Under the pieces are notes generated by a model, which was given only the letters and a program-made list of their open reading frames with translations, made no database searches and was not told the DNA's origin. Made by a program: the position numbers and the translations under genes. This document shows, piece by piece, positions 18,972-29,355 of a stretch of 64,000 nt of DNA; the first letter of the stretch is position 1; each line of letters starts with the position of its first letter. Source of the DNA: an uncultured Candidatus Saccharibacteria bacterium (GTDB lineage Bacteria > Patescibacteriota > Minisyncoccia > Phycocordibacterales > PALSA-1337); assembly GCA_964600255.1 (NCBI GenBank), contig CAZRIX010000003.1, positions 6,476 through 70,475 on the forward strand, given 5' to 3'.

Positions 18972-19038
18972 TCATATTTAAATATGATTTGTTTGTAAAG
19001 TATCTAGATAAACAACAGTTGGGGAGTATAATGTCTAA

Positions 19039-19155
19039 ATGAGAGATACAAGCAAAACTATAATAGTTACGTTCATAATTTTTATGATAATATCTATTCT
19101 CATTACATCAATAAGATATCTCTATTTTGAGAATTTCAGTATATTGGGAATTTGA
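19039..19155 (+). CDS. Small single-TM peptide (38 aa), not in the ORF track
   Basis: MRDTSKTIIVTFIIFMIISILITSIRYLYFENFSILGI. TATAAT lies 6 nt upstream. It resembles the peptide at 20506. Confidence 0.55.
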   Translation: MRDTSKTIIVTFIIFMIISILITSIRYLYFENFSILGI

Positions 19156-19162
19156 TTAAGGC

Positions 19163-20470
19163 TTATAAATTATCACCAATATAGCCCCAGTCTCGAAGTA
19201 GTTTCTGTGTTTCGTTCATGAATTTAAGACCAATATCATTCCTATATAACATTTTAGGTATATGTATTTTATCTATTATGCTATATGCATCACGTCGTGC
19301 CTCCTCAATGTTTTTACCTGTTCCAGTAACATATAAAACGTAACCACGATTATCTGAAACATAATACTTATTTGTAGATTTATTGTAAGATATTTCTTCG
19401 AAATGAACTTTACTCAAATCACTTGTTTTCCAATTATCATCGAAATATAAGTTCGTGCCTACCTGAGAGTGTTCCTCGATTTTCTTTGCGTATGGAAATG
19501 GAGGTAAAGCAATAACCACAACAATGCCAATACCCCTCTTGTACTTTAAAAGACATTTACTCTGAGTGGCAATCGACCATAACACTTTAGACCATGGTGT
19601 GATATCTAATTCAGTTTGTAAGTGAATAATTGGTGAACCAGGTCTACTAGTTGCTTCAAGTGGATATGTACCATCTTTGTTAACTATACAATTGATATCA
19701 AACACACCCCTGTAGTCGATTTCTTCGAGATATGGCTTAATCTTAGCTAAAGTATCTACGAATAACTTATTATTCTCATTCTCATCGTACCAACCTATGG
19801 TACCCATTTCACTTGTAGTCGGGCCGAGATCACCCGGAAAAAACTTTTTGTGCTCAATATTTATCAGTGTTGGTCCTATCCAGTCTTTACCATTAAAATA
19901 CCGACTAGCTGCTATTTCTATACCCACTATCTTTTTTTGAAGTGTAATTACCTCAGTGCCATATCCATTCTTCTTATAAGTTTTGAGCATGTCAATTACA
20001 TCTCTATTATCCTCATATTTACCTACGTAATTAAGGCTTTTGCTAGAAGATCCATTTTGCTTGATTACCCAAGGGCCAGGGTTCTTTTTTACAAACTTCA
20101 AAACCTTGTCTATGTTTTCAAAATTGAATATAGGGACAGTCTTTATGCCGTACTTTGTAAAAATCTCCTGAGCGTGAACCCTATCTTGCTCTAGTAAGTC
20201 TCCTAACTCTGATCCCCCAAATACATTGTATCCTTCTTTGCGCAAGGTTGTTTGGTAGTGTCCAAAGCCAATATCATCAAAAACTATCAACCCTTTTTTT
20301 GTGACCCAGGCTAGCTCCTTACGCCAATCAGCGGTTTTTTTGACTAAATTATGAAAATTTGATCGTCTACCTTTCTCATTGATAAAAAGCCTTACCTGAT
20401 GTCCTTCTTTTGATAAAAGATGGGCAATATTTCCTGCAATCAGGTCGTTTGAGATAAATAGGATTTTCAT
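19163..20470 (-). CDS. PurD-like ATP-grasp protein (short-N-terminus GAR-synthetase-like family)
   Basis: LEQDR, EHKKFFPGDLGPTTSEMGT, LEATSRPG and YRNDIG motifs. Lacks the bacterial GGREHAL motif. Confidence 0.8.
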   Translation of the reverse strand: MKILFISNDLIAGNIAHLLSKEGHQVRLFINEKGRRSNFHNLVKKTADWRKELAWVTKKGLIVFDDIGFGHYQTTLRKEGYNVFGGSELGDLLEQDRVHAQEIFTKYGIKTVPIFNFENIDKVLKFVKKNPGPWVIKQNGSSSKSLNYVGKYEDNRDVIDMLKTYKKNGYGTEVITLQKKIVGIEIAASRYFNGKDWIGPTLINIEHKKFFPGDLGPTTSEMGTIGWYDENENNKLFVDTLAKIKPYLEEIDYRGVFDINCIVNKDGTYPLEATSRPGSPIIHLQTELDITPWSKVLWSIATQSKCLLKYKRGIGIVVVIALPPFPYAKKIEEHSQVGTNLYFDDNWKTSDLSKVHFEEISYNKSTNKYYVSDNRGYVLYVTGTGKNIEEARRDAYSIIDKIHIPKMLYRNDIGLKFMNETQKLLRDWGYIGDNL

Positions 20471-20505
20471 GTTATTATTTATTACGTAAACAAATATATC
20501 ACTCG

Positions 20506-20646
20506 ATGAAAACAAATACAAAGTTTAGCGCTTTGGTTCTAATAATATTGATTATGGTTATTGTCTTTGTTACCTATTACAATACCATCGTTAAGCGTGA
20601 TTTTGAGATTATAAATTACGAAGTACCTGTTGCAGTAGAGCAGTAA
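20506..20646 (+). CDS. Small single-TM peptide (46 aa), not in the ORF track
   Basis: MKTNTKFSALVLIILIMVIVFVTYYNTIVKRDFEIINYEVPVAVEQ. Confidence 0.6.
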   Translation: MKTNTKFSALVLIILIMVIVFVTYYNTIVKRDFEIINYEVPVAVEQ

Positions 20647-20694
20647 TAAAATAGACTCTTATCTATTGCGTTGCTTTACTGCTATAATATAGAT

Positions 20695-22371
20695 ATGAAC
20701 TTCAGTGGTTTTTTTAATCAAGTCTGTGGTAATGAAATTCCAGGGTTACTAGGATTAGATTTCAGTGTTGCGCCAAAGTTATTATTCTATTCCTATGTGC
20801 CTATTATTGTCTTGTCGCTACTTATCTCTATATACATATATTATAGAGATAATAGATCAACCCAATCTAGTTTACTTCTGATGTTTACTATTTCTTTCAT
20901 ACTTTGGGTTGTAAATGTTGTTCTACAATGGATCGCTTCATATCATTACGTTCTAATGTTTGCATGGCAGTTAACAGTATTGTTTGAGCTATTATTATAT
21001 CTTTATGCATTGAAGTTTTCATACTTCTTCTACTTTCAGGGGAGTTTTAATAAAACTTACAGCATTATTTCTAATACACTATTTTTAATTGTGGTGGCTC
21101 TATTGCCAACAACTTACAATATTGCTTCGTACGATGTGAATAATTGTGAGGGTGTGCTTGGTATAGCTTGGAACTTAGTATATGTTTTAGAAATATGTAC
21201 AATTGTACTTGTTCCATACTTGGGATATGTCGGCTATGTGAGAGCCAAGAGTGTTGATGTGAAGAAACAAATACTTATATTCGCATCTGGGATGACTATT
21301 TTTCTTACTACATTCTTCATTTCAAACTTCTTTGGTGAGTATACAGGATTTTACGAGTTTAACTTGTGGGGTCCGTTGGGTATGATAGTTTTTTTAAGTC
21401 TATTATTCTATTTGATTGTAAGATTCAGGACTTTCCACGCTAGATTGATTGGTTCTAACGTTCTAATCCTCTCCCTCTGGTGTCTTACTGGCTCATTGTT
21501 GTTTATTCAGGATATTAATATTAGTCATGCTGTTACTGCTGTTACTTTGATTATCTCGATTATCCTGGGTATTTTTATGATTGAGTCTGTTAGAAAGGAA
21601 GTTCGTCAGCGTGAGCGTATTGAATCTCTTGCTAACGATCTTTCTGTGGCTAATACTCGTCTTCTTGAATTGGATAAGCAGAAATCTGAATTCGTTTCTC
21701 TTGCTACCCACCAGTTGCGAGCTCCGCTTACTGCCATGAAAGGGTATACTTCACTTATTCTCGAGGGTGAAATGGGGGATATTGCTCCTGAAACTAAGCA
21801 AGCTGTGACTCGTATTTATGATTCTGCCAATACTCTAACGAATATCGTTAATGATTATCTGAATATTTCACGTATTGAGCTTGGTACTATGAAGTACAGT
21901 TTTGATAGTTTGGACTTTAAGAAGTTGATCGAGGATGTGATTGGTGAGCTTAAGCCAAATATAGAGAAAAAGGGCCTAGAATTCACGTTTAACTGTGATG
22001 CAAACCAGAAATACAAGGTTCATGCAGACGTTGATAAGCTAAAACAAGTAATTGCGAATCTAATTGATAATTCATTGAAATACACTCCTTCTGGCAAAAT
22101 TGAGCTATCTTTAGTTAGAAAGAATCTAGAAAAGAAGCTACTCTTCTCTGTAAAGGATACGGGAGTTGGTATTGCACCTGAGGTTATGTCTAAGCTTTTC
22201 TCAAAATTTGTCAGATCTGACAATGCTAACAAGCAAAATATATATGGAACTGGTCTCGGATTATATGTTGCTAAACAGATGATTATCGCGCACAAGGGAA
22301 GAGTGTGGGCAGAGTCCCTAGGTGATGGCAAGGGTTCAACATTCTTCGTTGAGCTAGACGCTGAGGTGTAA
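20695..22371 (+). CDS. Membrane sensor histidine kinase
   Basis: ATHQLRAP, NLIDNSLKYT, DTGVG and GTGLGL motifs. Multi-TM N-terminus paralogous to 17220-18971. Confidence 0.92.
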   Translation: MNFSGFFNQVCGNEIPGLLGLDFSVAPKLLFYSYVPIIVLSLLISIYIYYRDNRSTQSSLLLMFTISFILWVVNVVLQWIASYHYVLMFAWQLTVLFELLLYLYALKFSYFFYFQGSFNKTYSIISNTLFLIVVALLPTTYNIASYDVNNCEGVLGIAWNLVYVLEICTIVLVPYLGYVGYVRAKSVDVKKQILIFASGMTIFLTTFFISNFFGEYTGFYEFNLWGPLGMIVFLSLLFYLIVRFRTFHARLIGSNVLILSLWCLTGSLLFIQDINISHAVTAVTLIISIILGIFMIESVRKEVRQRERIESLANDLSVANTRLLELDKQKSEFVSLATHQLRAPLTAMKGYTSLILEGEMGDIAPETKQAVTRIYDSANTLTNIVNDYLNISRIELGTMKYSFDSLDFKKLIEDVIGELKPNIEKKGLEFTFNCDANQKYKVHADVDKLKQVIANLIDNSLKYTPSGKIELSLVRKNLEKKLLFSVKDTGVGIAPEVMSKLFSKFVRSDNANKQNIYGTGLGLYVAKQMIIAHKGRVWAESLGDGKGSTFFVELDAEV

Positions 22372-22430
22372 TCCACTTTTTTCTAGATTTATCCCTACTT
22401 TATATTTGTATTCTTGGTATAATTTAACGG

Positions 22431-24179
22431 ATGTTCATCGAAGACTCACAGCTAAATAAATTCATTTTAGATTCAAACTTAGTTTCGAAGTCTGATTTGG
22501 ATGCTGCTCAAAAAGAGGCAGACAAGAAAGGTGTTAGAATCGGTGAAATACTCGTCAGTAGTGGCAAGCTAACAGAGGATAACCTACGTAGAATGCAGGC
22601 GTATGTTCTAGGTATTCCTTTCGTTGACCTTAAATCGAAGAAAATCCCATTCGAAACTCTATCTCTGATTCCTGAACCTGTTGCCCGCACACACAACATA
22701 GTAGCTTTTAAGAAAGATAGTGATACTTTGGAGGTTGCTATGCTTGATGTGGATGATCTGTCAGCTGTAGATTTTATAAAGAAAAGAGTAAACCTCAAGA
22801 TTCTTCCTCGTCTTACTGATGTTGAGTCAATGAAGAATGTTATAGTTCAGTATCAGAAGAGTCTAAAAGCTGAATTCGGCGATATTATCCAAAAAGAATC
22901 AGCTACACTAAAGACAATAGCTGAAGAATCTGGTGAGCCTGCTACCGAGGAGGATTTGAAGAAAATTGCCGAGGATTTGCCTGTAGTTAGAATCGTAGAT
23001 ACTCTTTTAAAGCACGCTATTCTACAAGATGCGTCTGATATCCATATTGAGCCTATGGACGATCAACTCCTAGTTCGTTACAGAATAGACGGACTATTAC
23101 ACGATGCCATGGTTTTACCTAAGAATGCAGAATCATCAATTACTGCTCGTATTAAGGTTCTATCAAACCTAAAACTTGATGAAAAAAGACTACCACAGGA
23201 CGGTCGTTTCAAGATTGAAATGAATAACGAGAAAGTTAGTTTCCGTGTATCTATTCTACCTACATATTATGGTGAGAAGACAGTTATGCGTCTTTTGAGA
23301 GAGAGTGTGTCTGGTTTCACTCTAGATTATTTGGGTTTTCATGGAGAAGGACTGGAAAGAATTCATGACGCCACAAAGCTTACTACGGGTATGATTCTTA
23401 CAACTGGACCTACTGGATCTGGTAAAACTACAACTTTGTATACAGTTTTGGATATTTTGAATCAACCTGACGTAAACATTTCTACTATTGAGGATCCGGT
23501 TGAGTATCAGATGAAAAGAATTAATCAATCACAGGTAAAGCCTGAGATTGGATTTACTTTCTCGTCAGGACTAAGAACTCTTGTTCGTCAGGATCCAGAT
23601 ATTATCATGGTGGGGGAGATCCGTGACAACGAAACGGCATCACTCGCTGTTAATGCAGCTCTTACAGGTCACTTGGTGCTCTCAACTCTCCACACAAATA
23701 GTGCCGCTGGAGCTATACCACGTTTGCTTGATATGAAGATAGAACCTTTTCTTTTGGTTTCAACAATAAACATCATCATTGCACAGAGACTAGTGAGAAG
23801 GCTTTCAGATAAGAAGGAGAAACATATTTTAACTAAAGACGAATTAGCAGCACTTTCAAAAACCGTTGATCTGGACCGAGTTTTGAAAGCTTTAAGAGAT
23901 GAAAAAATAGTTAAACCTAGTGATGATTGGAACAAGATAGCATTCTGGAAACCGATAGCAGGAAAAGACGATGATGGATATAAGGGACGAGTAGGTATTC
24001 ACGAAGTGCTAAAGGTTACGACAAGTATTAAGGAGTTAATTATAAAAGGGGCGACGAGTGATGAGATAGAGGTACAAGCAAAGAAAGAGGGAATGTTAAC
24101 AATGCTAGAGGACGGAATATTTAATGCGGTGCTAGGAACAACAACAATAGAAGAGGTGCTAAGAGTAATCTCAGAATAA
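22431..24179 (+). CDS. pilB: Type IV pilus assembly ATPase PilB/GspE
   Basis: ASDIHIEP, GPTGSGKTTTLY, RQDPDIIMVGEIRD and STLHTN motifs. Confidence 0.94.
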   Translation: MFIEDSQLNKFILDSNLVSKSDLDAAQKEADKKGVRIGEILVSSGKLTEDNLRRMQAYVLGIPFVDLKSKKIPFETLSLIPEPVARTHNIVAFKKDSDTLEVAMLDVDDLSAVDFIKKRVNLKILPRLTDVESMKNVIVQYQKSLKAEFGDIIQKESATLKTIAEESGEPATEEDLKKIAEDLPVVRIVDTLLKHAILQDASDIHIEPMDDQLLVRYRIDGLLHDAMVLPKNAESSITARIKVLSNLKLDEKRLPQDGRFKIEMNNEKVSFRVSILPTYYGEKTVMRLLRESVSGFTLDYLGFHGEGLERIHDATKLTTGMILTTGPTGSGKTTTLYTVLDILNQPDVNISTIEDPVEYQMKRINQSQVKPEIGFTFSSGLRTLVRQDPDIIMVGEIRDNETASLAVNAALTGHLVLSTLHTNSAAGAIPRLLDMKIEPFLLVSTINIIIAQRLVRRLSDKKEKHILTKDELAALSKTVDLDRVLKALRDEKIVKPSDDWNKIAFWKPIAGKDDDGYKGRVGIHEVLKVTTSIKELIIKGATSDEIEVQAKKEGMLTMLEDGIFNAVLGTTTIEEVLRVISE

Positions 24180-24183
24180 TAAA

Positions 24184-25407
24184 ATGTCACATTTTACATA
24201 TAAAGCAAAAAGGTCAGATGGGGAGGTCTACAAAGGCGAGAAGGACGCCAATGATCGTTTTGAATTGTACAAAATGTTAAAAGAGTCTGGAGAAGAAGTT
24301 CTCGATGTTCAAGAAAAGAATAGTTCAAGTATGTTTTCAAAGGGAATGACTATTAATCTTCCGTTTATGCATTCAATAAAAATGCAGGACAAGATTAATT
24401 TCGCTCGTAATTTGAGTTCCATGATTAGTGCTGGTCTAGCAATGTCTAGAGCGCTTTCTGTTATGGAAAGACAAACAAAAAATCAGGAGTTAAGAAAAAT
24501 CCTAGTATCACTACAGAAAGATATTAGTGAAGGAAAGACACTGAGTCAGGCAATGTCATCTTACAAGAATGTATTCTCAGCATTGTTTATATCCATGGTT
24601 GCTGCTGGAGAACAGAGTGGTTCTCTGTCTGAATCTTTGAGAATAGTTGGTGTACAGATGGACAAGACATATGCACTACAGAGGAGAGTAAAAGGTGCGA
24701 TGATGTATCCAGGTATCATACTTTCAGCTATGGTTATCATAGCAGTTTTGATGCTTACATATATCGTTCCAACTTTGATGAAAACCTTCACTGAGCTGAA
24801 TGTTCAGTTGCCGGCATCTACAAGATTTGTATTGTTTTTAAGTAATGCGCTTCGAGACCATGGTCTACTTGTTTTTCTCGGCTTTGTTATACTAGTTGTG
24901 ATATTTATTCTTCTGAAAAGAAGTGAACAAGGAAAAAATACCATTGACTATGCAGTACTCAAAATACCTGTAATTGGCGAAATCGTAAAAGAGGTGAATT
25001 CTGCAAGAACTGCAAGAACACTGTCATCACTACTTAGTTCAGGGGTAGACGTGGTTGAATCTGTCAGAATTACTGGAGATGTTATCCAGAATGTTCGCTA
25101 CAAAGATATACTAAAAAGAGCTGGAGAGGCTATAGAAAAAGGAGAGCCTATATCAAAGATATTTACACAGAATGAAAAGTACTACCCGCTATTTCTTGGT
25201 GAAATGATGAATGTGGGGGAGGAGACAGGAAAAATCGGTGAAATGCTACTAGGTGTTGCAAATTTTTATGAGGAAGATGTCGATCAAAAAACAAAGGATA
25301 TGTCTACAATCATCGAACCTTTCCTAATGGTTATTATAGGAGGAGCCGTAGGATTCTTTGCAATATCGATGATTTCACCGATGTATTCACTAGTTAATGT
25401 GATATAA
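24184..25407 (+). CDS. pilC: Type IV pilus platform protein PilC/GspF
   Basis: Two T2SSF repeats, AGEQSG, AMMYP, GEETG and IEP motifs. Confidence 0.93.
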   Translation: MSHFTYKAKRSDGEVYKGEKDANDRFELYKMLKESGEEVLDVQEKNSSSMFSKGMTINLPFMHSIKMQDKINFARNLSSMISAGLAMSRALSVMERQTKNQELRKILVSLQKDISEGKTLSQAMSSYKNVFSALFISMVAAGEQSGSLSESLRIVGVQMDKTYALQRRVKGAMMYPGIILSAMVIIAVLMLTYIVPTLMKTFTELNVQLPASTRFVLFLSNALRDHGLLVFLGFVILVVIFILLKRSEQGKNTIDYAVLKIPVIGEIVKEVNSARTARTLSSLLSSGVDVVESVRITGDVIQNVRYKDILKRAGEAIEKGEPISKIFTQNEKYYPLFLGEMMNVGEETGKIGEMLLGVANFYEEDVDQKTKDMSTIIEPFLMVIIGGAVGFFAISMISPMYSLVNVI

Positions 25408-27207
25408 ATGTCATTAATTTTTAGTAAAAATAAAAAAGGATTCACTTTGGTTGAAACTCTAGTTGGAGTAGCTGTGTTTGCTGTAGTAGCAACTGCTACT
25501 TATCAAGCCTATGTGAGCTTGTTTCAACTTATCAACGTAAACCAAACAAAAATAGTAGCTTTGAATCTAGCAAATGAGCAGTTTGAGATAATCAGAAACC
25601 TGCCATATTCTAGTGTTGGAATTCCGGGAGGTATACCAAACGGAGTCATTCCTCATGTGCAGACTGTAACTCGATCTAATATACAGTTTACAGTTACAAC
25701 TACTATAAGAAACGTTGATTTACCTTTTGATGGACAGATTGGAAGTACAACAAAGCCAGATCTTTCACCAGCGGATAATAAGACCGTAGACGTAGATATA
25801 GATTGTAATACCTGCAAGAACTTCCAGACCGTGAGTCTGAGTACTAGAGTTGCTCCCAAGAATCTTGAGACTTCTTCTACAAACGGTGCTCTGCTTATAA
25901 AAGTATTTGATTCAAATGGTGTACCTGTTGCGGGCGCAAATGTAAATATTGTTAATAGTTCGGCTACTTCAAGTATAACCATAAACGACGTTACCGATGT
26001 AGATGGAATTCTGACTGTAGTTGATGCTCCACCCGGCGTGAATGCATACAAGATCACGGTTACAAAATCAGGGTACTCAACAGATAGGACATATACACCA
26101 GGAGTTGGTGGTAACCTAACACCAACAAAGCCTGACGCAACGGTTATAGTCCAACAGCTGACACAGATAAGTTTTTCAATCGACAAGCTGTCTACAGTGT
26201 CTTTCTCTAGTGTGACGCCATCATGTACCGTGGTACCGAACATGGATTTCTCTTTGACTGGAGAAAAGTTAATAGGTACAAATATATATAAATATTTTCA
26301 GAACGTTAGTACAAATGGTTCTGGACTTCTATCAAGTTCAACTATTGAGTGGGATTCGTATACAGTAAGGGGTATAGATAGTGCGTACGATATAATAGGA
26401 GTAAATCCACTGAACCCAATAATAATAGGTCCAGATATAAATCAGAGCGTCTCTCTAATCGTGCAGCCTAGAAGTGCAAGAACACTACTGGTCACGGTGA
26501 AGGACTCATCAACACAACTACCTATAACTGGAGCAACTGTTGATGTTACATACAATTCATATAACAATACACAGACTACTGGACGAGGATTCACTATACA
26601 GTCTGATTGGTCTGGAGGTGATGGTCAGGTAGCTTTTACAGAGACCGACAGATATTTTTCTGATGATGGAAGTATAAGTGTAAATAGTCCAGCAGGGGAG
26701 TTTAAACTGAAGGATGCTTTTGGAAGTTATAGTGCAAATGGGGAACTAGTATCTTCGACGATAGACACAGGATCTGCAAGTAACTTTTATAACTTTGCAT
26801 GGACACCAACCGACCAACCTGTGACTACAGGTCCAAACAGTGTAAGATTCCAGATAGCAACTAGTGCCTCATCAACTCCAGATGAATGGATTTACAAGGG
26901 TCCGGATGGCACCACTTCTACTTACTATGTGTCACCAAATACTCCAATAAATGCCACACATAATGGTGACAGGTATCTCAGATATAAGGCACTTTTGTCT
27001 ACACAATCATCCACATCAACACCAAATATCTCCGACGTGTCGTTTACCGTTACATCTTCATGTACACCGCCTGGACAGGTAGCATTCTCTGGCCTATCAG
27101 ACGAGACTTATACTGTAGTTGTTAGTAAGTCTGGTTATACATCAAGTACATTTACAGTGGAGATGGATTCAGATTGGATTGAACAGATTGTAACTTTATC
27201 GCCGTAG
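25408..27207 (+). CDS. Large minor pilin (PilV-like) with carboxypeptidase-regulatory-like beta-sandwich domains
   Basis: Class III signal KKG/FTLVE, followed by V.DS.G.P..GA.V repeats. Confidence 0.85.
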   Translation: MSLIFSKNKKGFTLVETLVGVAVFAVVATATYQAYVSLFQLINVNQTKIVALNLANEQFEIIRNLPYSSVGIPGGIPNGVIPHVQTVTRSNIQFTVTTTIRNVDLPFDGQIGSTTKPDLSPADNKTVDVDIDCNTCKNFQTVSLSTRVAPKNLETSSTNGALLIKVFDSNGVPVAGANVNIVNSSATSSITINDVTDVDGILTVVDAPPGVNAYKITVTKSGYSTDRTYTPGVGGNLTPTKPDATVIVQQLTQISFSIDKLSTVSFSSVTPSCTVVPNMDFSLTGEKLIGTNIYKYFQNVSTNGSGLLSSSTIEWDSYTVRGIDSAYDIIGVNPLNPIIIGPDINQSVSLIVQPRSARTLLVTVKDSSTQLPITGATVDVTYNSYNNTQTTGRGFTIQSDWSGGDGQVAFTETDRYFSDDGSISVNSPAGEFKLKDAFGSYSANGELVSSTIDTGSASNFYNFAWTPTDQPVTTGPNSVRFQIATSASSTPDEWIYKGPDGTTSTYYVSPNTPINATHNGDRYLRYKALLSTQSSTSTPNISDVSFTVTSSCTPPGQVAFSGLSDETYTVVVSKSGYTSSTFTVEMDSDWIEQIVTLSP

Positions 27208-27222
27208 TAAATACACTATAAT

Positions 27223-27846
27223 ATGCACAATAAAAATATAAACAATCTAAATAGAGGATTCAGCTTAGTAGAAATAGTTGTAGTGGTAGGTATATTCGGT
27301 ATCATAGCTGTTGCAATAAGTACATTTCAATTTGGAATTTTGAGGAATAATAAGATTGCTCAAGATTCACTATCAAGTGCCCAAGATGCAAGAAGTATAT
27401 TGGGTATGATGGTTCGAGAACTGCGTTCGGCTTCTCCTGGAAACGATGGATCATTTACTGTTGCTCAGGCTGCAACGAATACTATAGTCTTCTATAGCGA
27501 CACCGATGGAGATGGTTTGAAGGAGAAGATTAGATACTTCCTAGCCACAACAACACTCAAGAAGGGAACTATTAAACCTACAGGTAGTCCACTTTCATAC
27601 AATATTGCCAATGAAAAGCAATCATTTTTGGCATATAATATAAGAAATTCTACGAGCACACCGCTTTTCGAATATTTTGATACAAACTATACAGGAACAT
27701 CTAGTCCATTGACTCAGCCCGTGTCTACGACCTTGGTAAGATTGGTAAAGATCAACCTGGTGATAGACCTAGATCCAAATAGAGCACCGATGGTTCGATC
27801 ATTTACTTCTCAGGTGAATCTTAGGAATCTAAAGGATAACTTATAG
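27223..27846 (+). CDS. Minor pilin (PilW/GspJ-like)
   Basis: RG/FSLVE prepilin motif, RELRSA and C-terminal VNLRN. Confidence 0.88.
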   Translation: MHNKNINNLNRGFSLVEIVVVVGIFGIIAVAISTFQFGILRNNKIAQDSLSSAQDARSILGMMVRELRSASPGNDGSFTVAQAATNTIVFYSDTDGDGLKEKIRYFLATTTLKKGTIKPTGSPLSYNIANEKQSFLAYNIRNSTSTPLFEYFDTNYTGTSSPLTQPVSTTLVRLVKINLVIDLDPNRAPMVRSFTSQVNLRNLKDNL

Positions 27847-27850
27847 AAAT

Positions 27851-29329
27851 ATGAAAAATTTAAATCATAAAGAAGGATATATCTTGATCAACGTACTGGT
27901 GTTTGCTGTCGTGGCTATTATCGTAACGTCTGCGTTAGTGAACTGGGGTGCTGCACTACTAAAAAGCACTAGACAGTTGGCAGCAAAAGAACAGGCTATG
28001 CAGATTGCTGAAGCTGGGATCGATTACTACAGATGGCATTTGGCTCACGCCTCAAACGACTACAAGGATGGAAATGCAACAACCACAAACGGTCCATTCA
28101 TACATAATTTCGAAGACAAAGATGGAAATGTTATAGGGAAATTTGCTTTAACTATAACTCCTCCGATCACAGGTTCCACTCTGATCAAGATACGCTCAAA
28201 GGGAACTGTGGAGTCAGATCCTTCTATTAGTCGTACTATCGAGGTCACACTTGCTATTCCATCATTTGCAAAATTTGCTGTGGTAGCAAACGATAAGATG
28301 AACTTCGGAGTCGGTACCGAGGTGTTTGGACCTATTCACTCAAATAATGGTATTAAATTTAATGGATTTACCCACAATGTAATAACTAGTGCACTTAGTA
28401 AGTATATCGATACTGACGAAAGTAACTCCTGGTATCAAATGGCGGTTTATACAACAAAGAGTCCTTCCGAGCTTAATACAGATACGACCCCTCCGACTAC
28501 TATACCTACCCGACTTGATGTATTTGAAGCAGGAAGACAGTTTCCGGTTGCGGCGGTAGACTTTAACGGTATCACTACCGACCTATCTACAATGAAAGCA
28601 AATGCAATATCAACTGGTAGATATTTTGCTGCATCAGGTGGACAGGGATATCGTATTGTACTTAAAATAAATGATACTTTTGATATTTATAGAGTAAATT
28701 CTTTAAGAGCGGCACCAAACAACTGTAGTAATTCACAGAGCGAGACTGGATGGGGAACTTGGAGTATTGCTACACCAAACAATTCTCAGACATTTTTGGC
28801 AAACTATGCAATACCTGCAAATGGAATAATCTTCGTTGAGGATCATCTATGGATAGAGGGCAAAATAAGTTCAGCTCGAGTAACTATAGCTGCAGGTAAG
28901 TTCCCAGACAGCTCAAGTACTTGGAAGAATATTATCGTGAACAACGATCTATTGTATACAAACTATGACGGTACTGATTCTATAGCTTTGATAGCGCAAG
29001 GGAATGTTACTACAGGTCTATATAACGATGCAGACGGAGATGAGAATATGAGAATAGATGCAGCCTTGATGGCTCAGAATGGACGTATTGGTAGATATTA
29101 CTACTCAAGTTCATGTGGATCAGCGTATTTGCAGAATACACTAACTCTCTATGGTATGTTGGGTACTAATAAGCGTTACGGTTTTGCCTGGGGTAGTGGA
29201 AGTAATATAACGTCTGGATATCAGAATCGTGACATTATATACGACGGAAACCTTCTATATGCTCCTCCACCAAGTTTCCCACTTACATCAAACCAATATT
29301 CAACGCTATCTTGGCAAGAGATAAAGTAA
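27851..29329 (+). CDS. PilX/GspK-like minor pilin
   Basis: EG/YILI start without Glu5, plus AMQIAEAGI. Confidence 0.82.
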   Translation: MKNLNHKEGYILINVLVFAVVAIIVTSALVNWGAALLKSTRQLAAKEQAMQIAEAGIDYYRWHLAHASNDYKDGNATTTNGPFIHNFEDKDGNVIGKFALTITPPITGSTLIKIRSKGTVESDPSISRTIEVTLAIPSFAKFAVVANDKMNFGVGTEVFGPIHSNNGIKFNGFTHNVITSALSKYIDTDESNSWYQMAVYTTKSPSELNTDTTPPTTIPTRLDVFEAGRQFPVAAVDFNGITTDLSTMKANAISTGRYFAASGGQGYRIVLKINDTFDIYRVNSLRAAPNNCSNSQSETGWGTWSIATPNNSQTFLANYAIPANGIIFVEDHLWIEGKISSARVTIAAGKFPDSSSTWKNIIVNNDLLYTNYDGTDSIALIAQGNVTTGLYNDADGDENMRIDAALMAQNGRIGRYYYSSSCGSAYLQNTLTLYGMLGTNKRYGFAWGSGSNITSGYQNRDIIYDGNLLYAPPPSFPLTSNQYSTLSWQEIK

Positions 29330-29355
29330 AATACACTATGTTATAATGTGTGCAA

